Assembly (NCBI GenBank): GCA_944383905.1
Contig: CALWRI010000006.1
Coordinates: 3,883-67,882 of the forward strand
Direction of reading: 5' to 3'
DNA length: 64,000 nt
Source of the DNA: an uncultured Christensenellaceae bacterium
GTDB lineage: Bacteria > Bacillota > Clostridia > Christensenellales > UBA3700
The position numbers and the translations under genes were made by a program. Below are positions 7,390 through 16,011 of this stretch, one piece after another. The stretch's first letter is position 1. Each line of letters starts with the position of its first letter. The notes under the pieces were generated by a model that saw only the letters and a list, made by a program, of their open reading frames with translations, was not told the DNA's origin and searched no databases.

Positions 7390-8569
7390 TTGCCGAATTC
7401 ACCTGCCAGTCTCCGACCAGATTCATCAGAGAAAGCAGCGCTCCTTTGTGCTTTATCTCATTTATAGTAATGATTTTTCGGCTAAAAATCAAGCGATTGT
7501 CATCATATACGTTCAACCTTCCGACGCAGTCTCCGGCTTTGACAGACTGCGGATATTTGTCGAGTGGCTCGAAAACGTATGAAAAATTCTCGGTTTCGGC
7601 ATCTTTCATCGGGTAAAATATGTCCTTTTCAAGTCTCAATGCGACGTTTTCACCGCCTATCTCGAAATCTTCGAGAGTCCTGCCCGAATCGCCTATCTTG
7701 TAATATCCGTATTCGTCGAAGGCTTTTTCGAGAAGAAATTTGCTCCTCTCCCACATATCGTAACAGTTGAGAACAACGCTGACAAGTTGCATTCCGTCTC
7801 GTTTCGCGGCACCGACGAAACATCTGCCTGAATCGGTAGTGTATCCCGTCTTTACTCCGTTTGCGCCGTCGAGCGAAGAAAGAAGTTTGTTTTTGTTGTA
7901 TATAGTCCTCGCAGAGCGACTCCCTCTTTCCGGTATCTCAAAAAATTTAGAAGACACAATTTGAGAGAACACGGGATTTCCGAAAGCGTATGCGGTTGCC
8001 GACGCGAGATCGAAAGCCGAAGTATAATGGTTTTTGGAGTGCAATCCGTGAGGATTATCAAACATAGTATTTTTGAGTCCGAGTCGCTCTGCAAACCCGT
8101 TCATCATATCGACGAAACCTTTTTCGTTGCCCCCGACGGAAATCGCTATTGCGGTCGCCGCATCGTTGCCCGACTGCAACATGAGCCCGTAGAGCAGTTC
8201 TTCGAGAGTCCAGACCTCTCCCTCCTTCAGATATATCGACGATCCTTCTATCCCCGCCATCTCCTTCGTTATCGTCACTTCTTTTGTAAGAGACGCGTTT
8301 TCTATGGCGACGATTGCGGTGACAATCTTTGTCGTGCTTGCCATTTCAAGCGGCATATCCATGTTGTAAGCATGGAGAACTCTGCCGCTTTCCGCTTCTA
8401 CAACAATCTGTGATGAACCAGTCTGTTGAGCATAAATTTTTGGCATTTTGAGACATATATCGGCTAATAGAATAATTATTATTATGAATATTGAGCTAAT
8501 TAATAATAATTTAGTCTTTAATTTTTGCCTTTTATCACGTTCAACGCGGCAGAAATCAAGTTCTCCCAT
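7328..8569 (-). CDS. dacB: D-alanyl-D-alanine carboxypeptidase (PBP5-type, sporulation dacB-like by synteny)
   Basis: 413 aa. N-terminal TM, SxxK (MASTTKIV), SxN (QSGND) and KTG (VKTGYT). The position scpAB...dacB...rluB mirrors Bacillus subtilis. It overlaps rluB by 62 nt and ytfJ by 52 nt. Confidence 0.8.
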   Translation of the reverse strand: MGELDFCRVERDKRQKLKTKLLLISSIFIIIIILLADICLKMPKIYAQQTGSSQIVVEAESGRVLHAYNMDMPLEMASTTKIVTAIVAIENASLTKEVTITKEMAGIEGSSIYLKEGEVWTLEELLYGLMLQSGNDAATAIAISVGGNEKGFVDMMNGFAERLGLKNTMFDNPHGLHSKNHYTSAFDLASATAYAFGNPVFSQIVSSKFFEIPERGSRSARTIYNKNKLLSSLDGANGVKTGYTTDSGRCFVGAAKRDGMQLVSVVLNCYDMWERSKFLLEKAFDEYGYYKIGDSGRTLEDFEIGGENVALRLEKDIFYPMKDAETENFSYVFEPLDKYPQSVKAGDCVGRLNVYDDNRLIFSRKIITINEIKHKGALLSLMNLVGDWQVNSANGEIEQIFGVVRSGFEARRG

Positions 8570-8868
8570 TTGCCTGCACTCTCCTTTTTCTCAACTTTTA
8601 TCAGACTTGCGTCGTCGTTTCCGTACACGAGAAAGCCTATCGGCGTGATATTGATCCCGCCGCCTCCTCCGCCCGCAAACGGTATCGGAAAAGTATTTTT
8701 CTGCGACTGATTGTTATACTGTCCTCCGCCCGTCAGAAAGCCTACAGTAACTTTTGATATCGGGATCACGACGCTGCCTTCCGGCATCATTATAGGTTTG
8801 CCGACGACGTTTTCACTGTTCATCATGCTCTTGATGTTGTCCATCGTAACGCTGATGAGCTCGTTCAT
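8518..8868 (-). CDS. ytfJ: sporulation protein YtfJ/GerW family
   Basis: 116 aa. Colinear with B. subtilis YtfJ as I recall it (NVVGKPIMMPEGSVVIPISKVTVGFLTGGG, then GGGGGGINITPIGFLV). Confidence 0.8.
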   Translation of the reverse strand: MNELISVTMDNIKSMMNSENVVGKPIMMPEGSVVIPISKVTVGFLTGGGQYNNQSQKNTFPIPFAGGGGGGINITPIGFLVYGNDDASLIKVEKKESAGKWENLISAALNVIKGKN

Positions 8869-8934
8869 TTCTCCGTCCGTAACCGATCACCTCCGAATTA
8901 AAATTGTGTACATTATCATACTCATATATTGTTG

Positions 8935-9597
8935 TCATATTTTGCTCTTTGCTCTTTTTGCACTCTGCCCTTTCGTCTCTTTTACGGTTTTTAATATTTT
9001 TAGCAGAGCTATCAAAACGCTGTATAAACTAGCTCCCGTGTCGACGTTTACGCTCAAAACCGTGTTCTGCCATCTGAAATTCGGGTAAACGCCTATATCT
9101 GCAGTTTTTGCCTTTATCTTTCCGCCGAGAGAAACAACAGCTACTCCCATAAGTGCCGAAAGTGCTGAAACTGCAACAGACGTCGACATGCTGTCTCCGG
9201 TGCCCACGGTCAGATAAGCACGCAATAATTTCAGTTTCACCGTCGGCAAGTTTTCCGCCAGATCTGAAAATGCGTTTATTTTATCGGCAAACGACGACAA
9301 GAGCCCTTCTTTAGCCAACTTTTCTTTGTTATCCTCTTCATCGACGTCAACTCGTTTGGAGCTTTTATCTTTTGCACCGACTTCTTTCAGATCCCTTGCG
9401 TTGAACTGACTGTAAAGCCGTCCGTTACATTCAAAAATCTTGTATTTGACGGCGTGAAGTCTTCTTAAAATAAAGATGTCACATACGAAAGTCGCGCTTT
9501 CGAGGTCAAAATACACCATCGCCCTGACCCCGCAAATCAGAAACGCGACGATAAACGCAATTAATACCGTTGACAACGCAATGATCACCCAAATCAT
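8935..9597 (-). CDS. YtfI-like membrane protein (DUF2953-like)
   Basis: N-terminal TM MIWVIIALSTVLIAFIVAFLI, about 220 aa, directly upstream of ytfJ as in the Bacillus ytfI-ytfJ pair. Called from context and architecture. The ATG at 9597 is preferred over the track start at 9645 (TTG). Confidence 0.55.
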   Translation of the reverse strand: MIWVIIALSTVLIAFIVAFLICGVRAMVYFDLESATFVCDIFILRRLHAVKYKIFECNGRLYSQFNARDLKEVGAKDKSSKRVDVDEEDNKEKLAKEGLLSSFADKINAFSDLAENLPTVKLKLLRAYLTVGTGDSMSTSVAVSALSALMGVAVVSLGGKIKAKTADIGVYPNFRWQNTVLSVNVDTGASLYSVLIALLKILKTVKETKGQSAKRAKSKI

Positions 9598-9702
9598 ATA
9601 TTTATCTTGCGTAAATGCTTTTGTTTTATGTAACTTACAGAACAATAAATGCCTGCCCGAAGTAAATCCGAACAGGCATTTATCTTTTCCCGATCTTATA
9701 GA

Positions 9703-10254
9703 TCACGCACGCCTTACCGTGATCGTAACTTTTCCTTTTCCCAATGCTTCCGACAGACCTTGACTGCTTTGCATTTTTCCGAGTTTCGTATAACTGTAAT
9801 TGCTCGAAAAACTTTCGTAAAACAATACGAGGCAATTGCTCCCCCAAAGCATTACGTCACCTTCTTCAATAAACCCCACTTTTCCGGGGTTTGAAGTGAG
9901 ATGTCTATCAAGATAATAATATTTTTCGTGCGGCATATCGCTCATGGCGATTGTCAACGGCAGCATTGAGTAAAGCTCTTTCGAAGCGTCGACGTTATAT
10001 AAAACCGCATCAAAAATCTTATCTCCGACAACAAACTGAATATTCATAAGTGCCCCCTCGTCATTATCGTCTTCGGAATGATCGTTGTCATCTTCTGCCG
10101 CTTCGGGATCTTGCGTTTCGTCGCCTTCGGCGTCGCTCGTGCCGGAAACATCGGCTGCATCTTTTGAAAATGCGTCGTCGCAAGCAGAAAACAATAACGA
10201 AGCAAGAGCAAAAATTACGGTCGCTATAATAATTATGACTTTTTTACTGTCCAT
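9703..10254 (-). CDS. lipoprotein with C-terminal cyclophilin-like-fold domain
   Basis: 183 aa. Signal plus lipobox LLFSAC, an acidic linker (DAEGDETQDPEAAEDDNDHSEDDNDE), then EEGDVMLWGSNCLVLFYESFSSNYSYTKLGK..GLSEALGKGKVTITV, typical of the cyclophilin-like family found next to flavodoxins. Confidence 0.75.
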   Translation of the reverse strand: MDSKKVIIIIATVIFALASLLFSACDDAFSKDAADVSGTSDAEGDETQDPEAAEDDNDHSEDDNDEGALMNIQFVVGDKIFDAVLYNVDASKELYSMLPLTIAMSDMPHEKYYYLDRHLTSNPGKVGFIEEGDVMLWGSNCLVLFYESFSSNYSYTKLGKMQSSQGLSEALGKGKVTITVRRA

Positions 10255-11422
10255 ATCTCATACTTTCTTTGAGAATCTTTATTACGTCGTCGCGCCCGAG
10301 CACTTTATAGCCGCCTTCCATTATAAGCGTGCTGTCCGCAATGGCTTCAAGCATATCAAAAGTGACCCCGAGTTGCTCTGCATTGAGTACGAGATTCAAC
10401 TCTTTCATCCAGCGCTCCATAGCGTCGAGTCCTTCTTGTGCGATCTTTTCATCGGTTTTGCCGCAAGGATCAACATCCCAGACGCAGATCGCAAATCGTC
10501 TGAATTTCTCAAGCCCGTATTTCATTATTGTTTTATAATATGGCAAAGATACGGCAGAAAGCGTCATTCCGTGAGTCGCGTCGGTATGCGCACTTATAGC
10601 CTGACCGATCATATGCACTTCCCAATCCGTAGTTTTGCCCATTGCCACCAACGTGTTCAGTGCCCACGAAGCAGTCCACATTATATTGCTCCTTGCCTCG
10701 TAATCGTGCGGATTTTTAACGGCGATCCCCGAGCTGTGTATCAGAGAGCGCATAAGTCCTTCCATTATATAGTCGGACGTATTGTCGTCGCTGCCCGAAA
10801 AATACTGCTCCATGATATGCGACATTATATCGAAGAATCCCGCAGTCATCTGGTATTTTGACAGAGTAAAAGTATATTCCGGATTGAGTATCGCGAATTT
10901 CGGAAAAACTTTTTCGCCGAAAACCTGCCCGACCTTCATTTTCTTTCGGGTATTGGTTATAACCGAACCGCCGTTCATCTCGCTGCCGGTGCCGACCATC
11001 GTAAGAACGCACCCTACGGGTATTATCTTGCAATCCGGTTCTTCAAATCGCTCGTAATACTTTTCCCAGACGTCCTCTTCGCAATAAGCAGAAACCGAAA
11101 CGCCCTTACAGTAATCGCAGACAGAACCGCCGCCTACGGCAAGTATCAGATCCGCTCCGAAATCTCTTGCGACTTTTGCGCCTTCAAGCAGCTTCGCATA
11201 AGTCGGATTGGGCATTACTCCGGAAACCTCTGCTGTTTCTTTGCCGCACTTTCGGAGTATGGCTACAACGTCGTCGTATATCCCGTTTTTCTTTATTGAG
11301 CCACCGCCGTATACGAGCAGTACCTTTTTACCGTAATTTTTAAGTTCGTCATCAAGACGTTCAAGTGCGTTTTTCCCAAAATGCAATCTTGTAGGGTTGC
11401 AATAAGTAAAGTCTCCCAGCAT
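10244..11422 (-). CDS. iron-containing alcohol dehydrogenase (butanol dehydrogenase/YqhD-like)
   Basis: 392 aa. KKVLLVYGGGSIKKNGIYD and LAVGGGSVCDYCKG, with Fe-ADH colinearity throughout. Confidence 0.9.
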   Translation of the reverse strand: MLGDFTYCNPTRLHFGKNALERLDDELKNYGKKVLLVYGGGSIKKNGIYDDVVAILRKCGKETAEVSGVMPNPTYAKLLEGAKVARDFGADLILAVGGGSVCDYCKGVSVSAYCEEDVWEKYYERFEEPDCKIIPVGCVLTMVGTGSEMNGGSVITNTRKKMKVGQVFGEKVFPKFAILNPEYTFTLSKYQMTAGFFDIMSHIMEQYFSGSDDNTSDYIMEGLMRSLIHSSGIAVKNPHDYEARSNIMWTASWALNTLVAMGKTTDWEVHMIGQAISAHTDATHGMTLSAVSLPYYKTIMKYGLEKFRRFAICVWDVDPCGKTDEKIAQEGLDAMERWMKELNLVLNAEQLGVTFDMLEAIADSTLIMEGGYKVLGRDDVIKILKESMRYGQ

Positions 11423-11434
11423 AATAAATACTCC

Positions 11435-11977
11435 TTAATTAATGTTTTTTCCTGCCCGATAAGCCTCTCCGAGTTTTGCGTTTCCGTTTATATCTCCCGG
11501 AGCCGTAACGCTTCCGCAAAGTATTTTGCCCTTCAATTCAACTCCGTCAAAACACTCGATCCAGCCCTCAATAGCTTTTATCACCCCGTCAAAAGCGCTG
11601 ACGTCGCCGTCCGCACACGTCGCAATCACATATACGTCTCTGAAACGATTTTTTCTCACAAAAAGCGGATTGAGTCGGTCGAGAAAAGTCTTGAGTTGTC
11701 CGGATACAGAATAATAATATACGGGGGTCGCAAATACCAGCACATCGGCGTTTTGCACCCGAGCGAGAACGTTTTTCATATTGTCGCGTATTATACAGTT
11801 TTCGTGCGTCTGACAATAAAGACATCCTTTGCAGAATTCGGGTTTTATGTCTTCGACATAAATCAACTCAACTTCGTTTCCAGCATCTGCGGCGCCTTTT
11901 GCAAACTGCCCGGCAAGCGCTGCGGAATTGCCGTTTTTTCTCGACGACGATGAAATGATAAGCACTTTTTCAGTCAT
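11435..11977 (-). CDS. flavodoxin-like NAD(P)H-dependent FMN oxidoreductase (iron-sulfur flavoprotein-like)
   Basis: 180 aa. MTEKVLIISSSSRKNGNS FMN-reductase start and the Cys cluster CKGCLYCQTHENC. Confidence 0.8.
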   Translation of the reverse strand: MTEKVLIISSSSRKNGNSAALAGQFAKGAADAGNEVELIYVEDIKPEFCKGCLYCQTHENCIIRDNMKNVLARVQNADVLVFATPVYYYSVSGQLKTFLDRLNPLFVRKNRFRDVYVIATCADGDVSAFDGVIKAIEGWIECFDGVELKGKILCGSVTAPGDINGNAKLGEAYRAGKNIN

Positions 11978-12560
11978 TCTTTACCTCCGTATCATTCTTT
12001 ATTTCCTTTATTTTTTTAGCAGGCACTCCCGCAACAACCGTATTTGCAGCAACATCTTTTGTAACTACCGCACCGGCAGCTACTACGGCATTGTCACCGA
12101 CGGTAACGCCGGGAAGTATTGTTGCGTGCGCGCCTATCCATACGTTTTTGCCTATCTTTACGGGTTTTGGTATCATATCCGCTCTTTTTGACGGATCCGG
12201 AGCATGATTGAGTGTAGCTATAACTACCTGATGCCCGACAAGACTTCCGTCACCGATCTCTATTCCTACATGATCCTGAAAACAACATCCGGAATTGATA
12301 AATACGTTTTTGCCTAATCTGATATTTATGCCGCACTCAGTATAAAACGGAGGAAAACATCTGAAAGATCCGTCAACGTCCGAGTCTGTCAATTCGGAAA
12401 AAATTGCAACGGTTTCTTCAGGAGTATGCACGCCGTTGTTCAGCTTTGCAACTATTTTTTGAGCTCTCACCGAAAGCTCGTGCATTTTAACATGAGCGCC
12501 GCTCCTCGCAGGGATATAGTCAGTCTTTTCTATAAAATCGAGAAATTGTTTATTATTCAT
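11970..12560 (-). CDS. sugar O-acetyltransferase (maltose/galactoside acetyltransferase family, hexapeptide repeats)
   Basis: Hexapeptide-repeat core GKNVWIGAHATILPGVTVGDNAVVAAGAVVTKDV. The start is set at ATG 12560, preceded by GAGG. The track start at 12602 lacks an RBS. Confidence 0.85.
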   Translation of the reverse strand: MNNKQFLDFIEKTDYIPARSGAHVKMHELSVRAQKIVAKLNNGVHTPEETVAIFSELTDSDVDGSFRCFPPFYTECGINIRLGKNVFINSGCCFQDHVGIEIGDGSLVGHQVVIATLNHAPDPSKRADMIPKPVKIGKNVWIGAHATILPGVTVGDNAVVAAGAVVTKDVAANTVVAGVPAKKIKEIKNDTEVKND

Positions 12561-12697
12561 ATAATTTACCTCAACTATATTATATTTTGATACTATCGCC
12601 ATGTCAAATACCTATATTTTATGGACTGCCATAATTGACAAGCATATCGAAAAAGTATATGATATAAAAGTAATACTTCTTTTATAAGGTATTGACT

Positions 12698-13582
12698 ATG
12701 GAAATACGGGAACTAAATTATTTTATCGCCGTCGCTGAGTGCGGCAGCATTTCCAAAGCGGCACGAAAGCTCTTTATTACCCAACCCAATCTGTCGCGAC
12801 AGCTGCAAAAACTTGAAGAAGAACTCGGGCAAAAACTGCTGATACGCGGCAATATAAACACTGAATTGTCAGACGCGGGTAAACTTCTCTACAAACGCGC
12901 CAAGGAAATAACCGAACTTGCAAGCAAAACGAGAGATGAGATCTCCTCTGACAACGGAGAGCTCGCAGGCACGGTAAGTATAGGCGGCGGAGAATCGTAC
13001 GCAGTAGAGCTTATCGCCAGAGCCGCTAAAGACATGAAAGACGATCATCCACGCGTTAAATTTGACTTTTTCAGCGGAGATACAGACGCTGTAACCGAAA
13101 AACTCGACAAAGGTCTAATTGACTTCGGCATACTTATCGAGCCGTCTGATCTGACAAAATACAACTCGTTAAGACTTCCCCTCAAAGACACCTGGGGTAT
13201 TCTTGCAAGAGACGACTCCCCCGTTGCAAATAAATCCTTCGTTACACCGAAAGACCTGCAGGATCTGCCGCTTATCTTCTCCGTTCACTCCTTCAAGAAA
13301 AATGCGATAACCGAGTGGTTCGACAAAACCCCCGAAAAATTGAACGTGGTTGCGACATACAATCTGCTTTACAACGCGTCGCTCATGGTAAAACAAGGCA
13401 TCGGATACGCAGTAGGACTAGACAAAATAGTCGGCACGTCATCTGAATCGGGTCTGAAATTTATTCCTTTTGAACCCAGACTTGAAACACATCTCGACGT
13501 AGCCTGGAAAAAATCCGCAGTACTGTCAAGAACGTCGGAAACATTTTTGAAATATCTTAAAAACACTCTTGCAAAATATTGA
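12698..13582 (+). CDS. LysR family transcriptional regulator
   Basis: MEIRELNYFIAVAECGSISKAARKLFITQPNLSRQLQKLEEELG (wHTH) plus a substrate-binding domain. Divergent from the 12560..9703 operon. The start is taken at ATG 12698 (track TTG 12692). Confidence 0.9.
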   Translation: MEIRELNYFIAVAECGSISKAARKLFITQPNLSRQLQKLEEELGQKLLIRGNINTELSDAGKLLYKRAKEITELASKTRDEISSDNGELAGTVSIGGGESYAVELIARAAKDMKDDHPRVKFDFFSGDTDAVTEKLDKGLIDFGILIEPSDLTKYNSLRLPLKDTWGILARDDSPVANKSFVTPKDLQDLPLIFSVHSFKKNAITEWFDKTPEKLNVVATYNLLYNASLMVKQGIGYAVGLDKIVGTSSESGLKFIPFEPRLETHLDVAWKKSAVLSRTSETFLKYLKNTLAKY

Positions 13583-13594
13583 ATCTTGTTTGAT

Positions 13595-13625
13595 AAAAAA
13601 AGGACGGTTTTCCCGTCCTTTTTTT
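13595..13625. terminator. bidirectional rho-independent terminator (LysR gene / scpB convergent)
   Basis: A7-GGACGG-ttttc-CCGTCC-T7. Confidence 0.75.
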
Positions 13626-13642
13626 ATCGTATAATATACAAA

Positions 13643-14476
13643 TTATTCTTCGTCTTCGTCGTCAAACGCGTTTTCTTCCTCTGCGACGACTTCGGCAACG
13701 TCCTCGTCGTCCTCATCGTCGTCGTCACGCGCCGCCGCGGCGTCCTTTTCGTAATCCTCGTCCGCTTCGACAAACGTAAACTCTTCTCCTTCGAGAAAAT
13801 CGGGGCTTTGAGTGCTGTCGATATAAGAATCCAGCTCTCTCTCACGCGCTTTGCGCGCCTTCTCGCGTTCTTCCGCCTCCTCGAAGCTGTCCGCAATATC
13901 GACGTCTCTGTACAATCCTTCGCTGGGACGATTGTAGTTGCCGTAAATAACGAGCCTGTCGAGTATCTCCTTGTAATCGGGCAATTCGTCCAGACTTCTC
14001 AAACCGAAGCGTTTGAGGAATTGATCGGTCGTTATATAAAGCATAGGTCTGCCCGGCGTATCCTTTCTGCCGTGTGCCTCGATAAGTCCTACTCTCAAAA
14101 GAGTCGTTATCGCATAGTCCGCACTCCTGCCGCCCCTTATGTCTTCGATCTCGCCTCTCGTCACGGGCTGTTTGTACGCGATTATCGCCATGACTTCAAG
14201 AAGCGCGCGGGAAAGCTCTCTTTCTTTGACGGGTTTGAGCGCAGCAGCGACTATCTCTCCGTATTCCTTGTTTGAAGCGAACTGCACTTTGTCTCCTATG
14301 CAGATGAGCACAATACCGCAAGGATCCTGATATTTCTGTTCAAGACCCTTTATCGCGTCGTTCAGCTCCTTTCTCGTGACCTCGGGCGGCAATTTGGCAA
14401 GTATGTCGGAGCGCTTTATCGCCACGCCCGCCGCAAAGATGATAGCCTCGACTATATGTATCAGATTATTCGTCAT
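13643..14476 (-). CDS. scpB: SMC-Scp complex subunit ScpB with long acidic C-terminal tail
   Basis: IVEAIIFAAG..., LLEVMAIIAYKQPVTRGEIEDIRG. 277 aa against the roughly 190-200 I expect. The tail is Asp/Glu-rich. Confidence 0.85.
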   Translation of the reverse strand: MTNNLIHIVEAIIFAAGVAIKRSDILAKLPPEVTRKELNDAIKGLEQKYQDPCGIVLICIGDKVQFASNKEYGEIVAAALKPVKERELSRALLEVMAIIAYKQPVTRGEIEDIRGGRSADYAITTLLRVGLIEAHGRKDTPGRPMLYITTDQFLKRFGLRSLDELPDYKEILDRLVIYGNYNRPSEGLYRDVDIADSFEEAEEREKARKARERELDSYIDSTQSPDFLEGEEFTFVEADEDYEKDAAAARDDDDEDDEDVAEVVAEEENAFDDEDEE

Positions 14477-15272
14477 ATTTGTCCTCCGTCCTGGTAAGCT
14501 CTCCGATGTCGAGCGGTTTGCCGTCCATATCTTCGTTTATCGTAAGAACGATGTCCTCGTAAAAACTCTCCTGCGTCGCAGTGAGATATTGCTTTTTCAT
14601 AAGCTCGAGAAGCGCCTGGAACGTAGTTATTATCTCCACTCTCGAGGCGTCTTTCTTGTACAGATCCGAAAATTTCACGCTTTTTTTCTCCTGCAAAACG
14701 TCGGATATGAGCGCAATCTTTTCGCTGACGGTAAACTTGTCCTTTTTGATCTTCTTTATCGCCATTTGCTGCTCTTCCTTCGTAAAACGCAGGAAGACCT
14801 GACCGTAGGAGTCTATCAGTTTGTTCAGATCGAAGCTCCTGATGACTATATCCGCGTCCTCGTCGGTATACATCGGCTCGCGGTAATATTGGTTGAGGAC
14901 TTCGATCGCCGACATCTTGTCCGCCTGCTCCTTGAACATCGTGTAGATAATAAGCTGTCTGCGGAGCTCTTCCTGCGGATCGATCTCGTCTTCGTCCTCC
15001 TGATATTCTTCTTCCTGCGGAAGCAAGGCGCGCGATTTGAGTTGAAGCAAAGTCGCAGCCATCAACAGAAAGTCGCTGGCAAGATCCATATCGACGGTGT
15101 CGATCTGCTCCATATATTCGAGATATTGCGCGGTCACGTCGGAAATGCGGCACGTCATTATGTCGAGCTTCTGCTCTTTTATAAGCGTGCACAAAAGATC
15201 GAGCGAGCCTTCGAAATCGGCTAACTTAAGAGGGACGACGTCGCTTGCGTGATACTCGTAAAATCCTGCCAT
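14466..15272 (-). CDS. scpA: segregation and condensation protein A
   Basis: 268 aa. FEGSLDLLCTLIKEQKLDIMTCRISDVTAQYLEY is a typical ScpA start. Overlaps scpB by 11 nt. Confidence 0.9.
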   Translation of the reverse strand: MAGFYEYHASDVVPLKLADFEGSLDLLCTLIKEQKLDIMTCRISDVTAQYLEYMEQIDTVDMDLASDFLLMAATLLQLKSRALLPQEEEYQEDEDEIDPQEELRRQLIIYTMFKEQADKMSAIEVLNQYYREPMYTDEDADIVIRSFDLNKLIDSYGQVFLRFTKEEQQMAIKKIKKDKFTVSEKIALISDVLQEKKSVKFSDLYKKDASRVEIITTFQALLELMKKQYLTATQESFYEDIVLTINEDMDGKPLDIGELTRTEDKYDE

Positions 15273-15282
15273 TGTTCTCCTA

Positions 15283-16011
15283 TTACAATCCGAAGATCGC
15301 GTTGAATATCGAATTCATCATGTTTACGATCGCATTCATATACAGACTGAACACGTCGAGATAGGGCGAAATATACCCCAGCACCGTGCTCAACACGAGC
15401 AATCCCAGAAGAAGAAAGGAGCCGTATCTGTAATTGAACGCAACATATCTGTTGTCGGGTTTAACAAGCGTTTCGACTACGCGGAACCCGTCAAGCGGAT
15501 ACACAGGTATCAGATTGAACGCCATGAGCGTCAGATTTATCAGTACGATATATTGGAGAAGATACGCGAAAAAGTAAAAAACGTAATATCCCGCGGTATA
15601 CATCTCCATGGTCATGACTGCACTCTTTGTCGCATAAATGTAAAGCGCGAAAAGTCCCGTCGCGACAAACGCTATCAGAAAGTTGCAGATAACGCCCGCA
15701 AGGGAGACCGTGATCATCCCTTTTTTGTAATTTCTGAATCTTCTCGGGTCGATCGGCACCGGTTTTGCCCAGCCGAATCCGATAACCGCAAGCATCAGAA
15801 AGCCTATCGGATCGAAATGTTTTACCGGATTTACGTTGAGTCTGCCCGCGAGTTTCGCCGTGTCGTCGCCGTTCCAATAAGCAACGATTCCGTGCGAAAA
15901 TTCGTGCATGACGATAGCAATGAGAAGCGCGGGAATATACGCGAGGATCATTACGAAAACGAGCCTCTTGTCTTCCGCGGTCAGAAGATTTCGGATCAAC
16001 GATATAAGCAT
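15283..16011 (-). CDS. site-2 protease family (M50) membrane metalloprotease
   Basis: 242 aa polytopic protein with the HEFSHG zinc motif and the later LIPVYPLDG motif. Confidence 0.8.
   Translation of the reverse strand: MLISLIRNLLTAEDKRLVFVMILAYIPALLIAIVMHEFSHGIVAYWNGDDTAKLAGRLNVNPVKHFDPIGFLMLAVIGFGWAKPVPIDPRRFRNYKKGMITVSLAGVICNFLIAFVATGLFALYIYATKSAVMTMEMYTAGYYVFYFFAYLLQYIVLINLTLMAFNLIPVYPLDGFRVVETLVKPDNRYVAFNYRYGSFLLLGLLVLSTVLGYISPYLDVFSLYMNAIVNMMNSIFNAIFGL

Noticed and set aside
7328-8569. Unusually long gene overlaps: the dacB 3' end overlaps the rluB start by 62 nt, and the dacB 5' end overlaps the ytfJ 3' end by 52 nt. I considered these as signs of a frameshift or pseudogene.
   Set aside because: All three ORFs are full length with intact motifs. 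The rluB start is fixed by its S4 domain, and the dacB start is needed to retain its signal/TM segment. I see no internal stop or frame break. The overlaps are most likely real overlaps or minor start/stop ambiguity.
13602-13618. A near-identical hairpin core, GGACGG-TTT(T)C-CCGTCC, occurs at both 13602 and 21678. I considered whether this is a dispersed repeat or REP/MITE family.
   Set aside because: Both copies sit exactly where intrinsic terminators are expected, between convergent genes and flanked by A/T runs. The similarity does not extend beyond the short GC stem.
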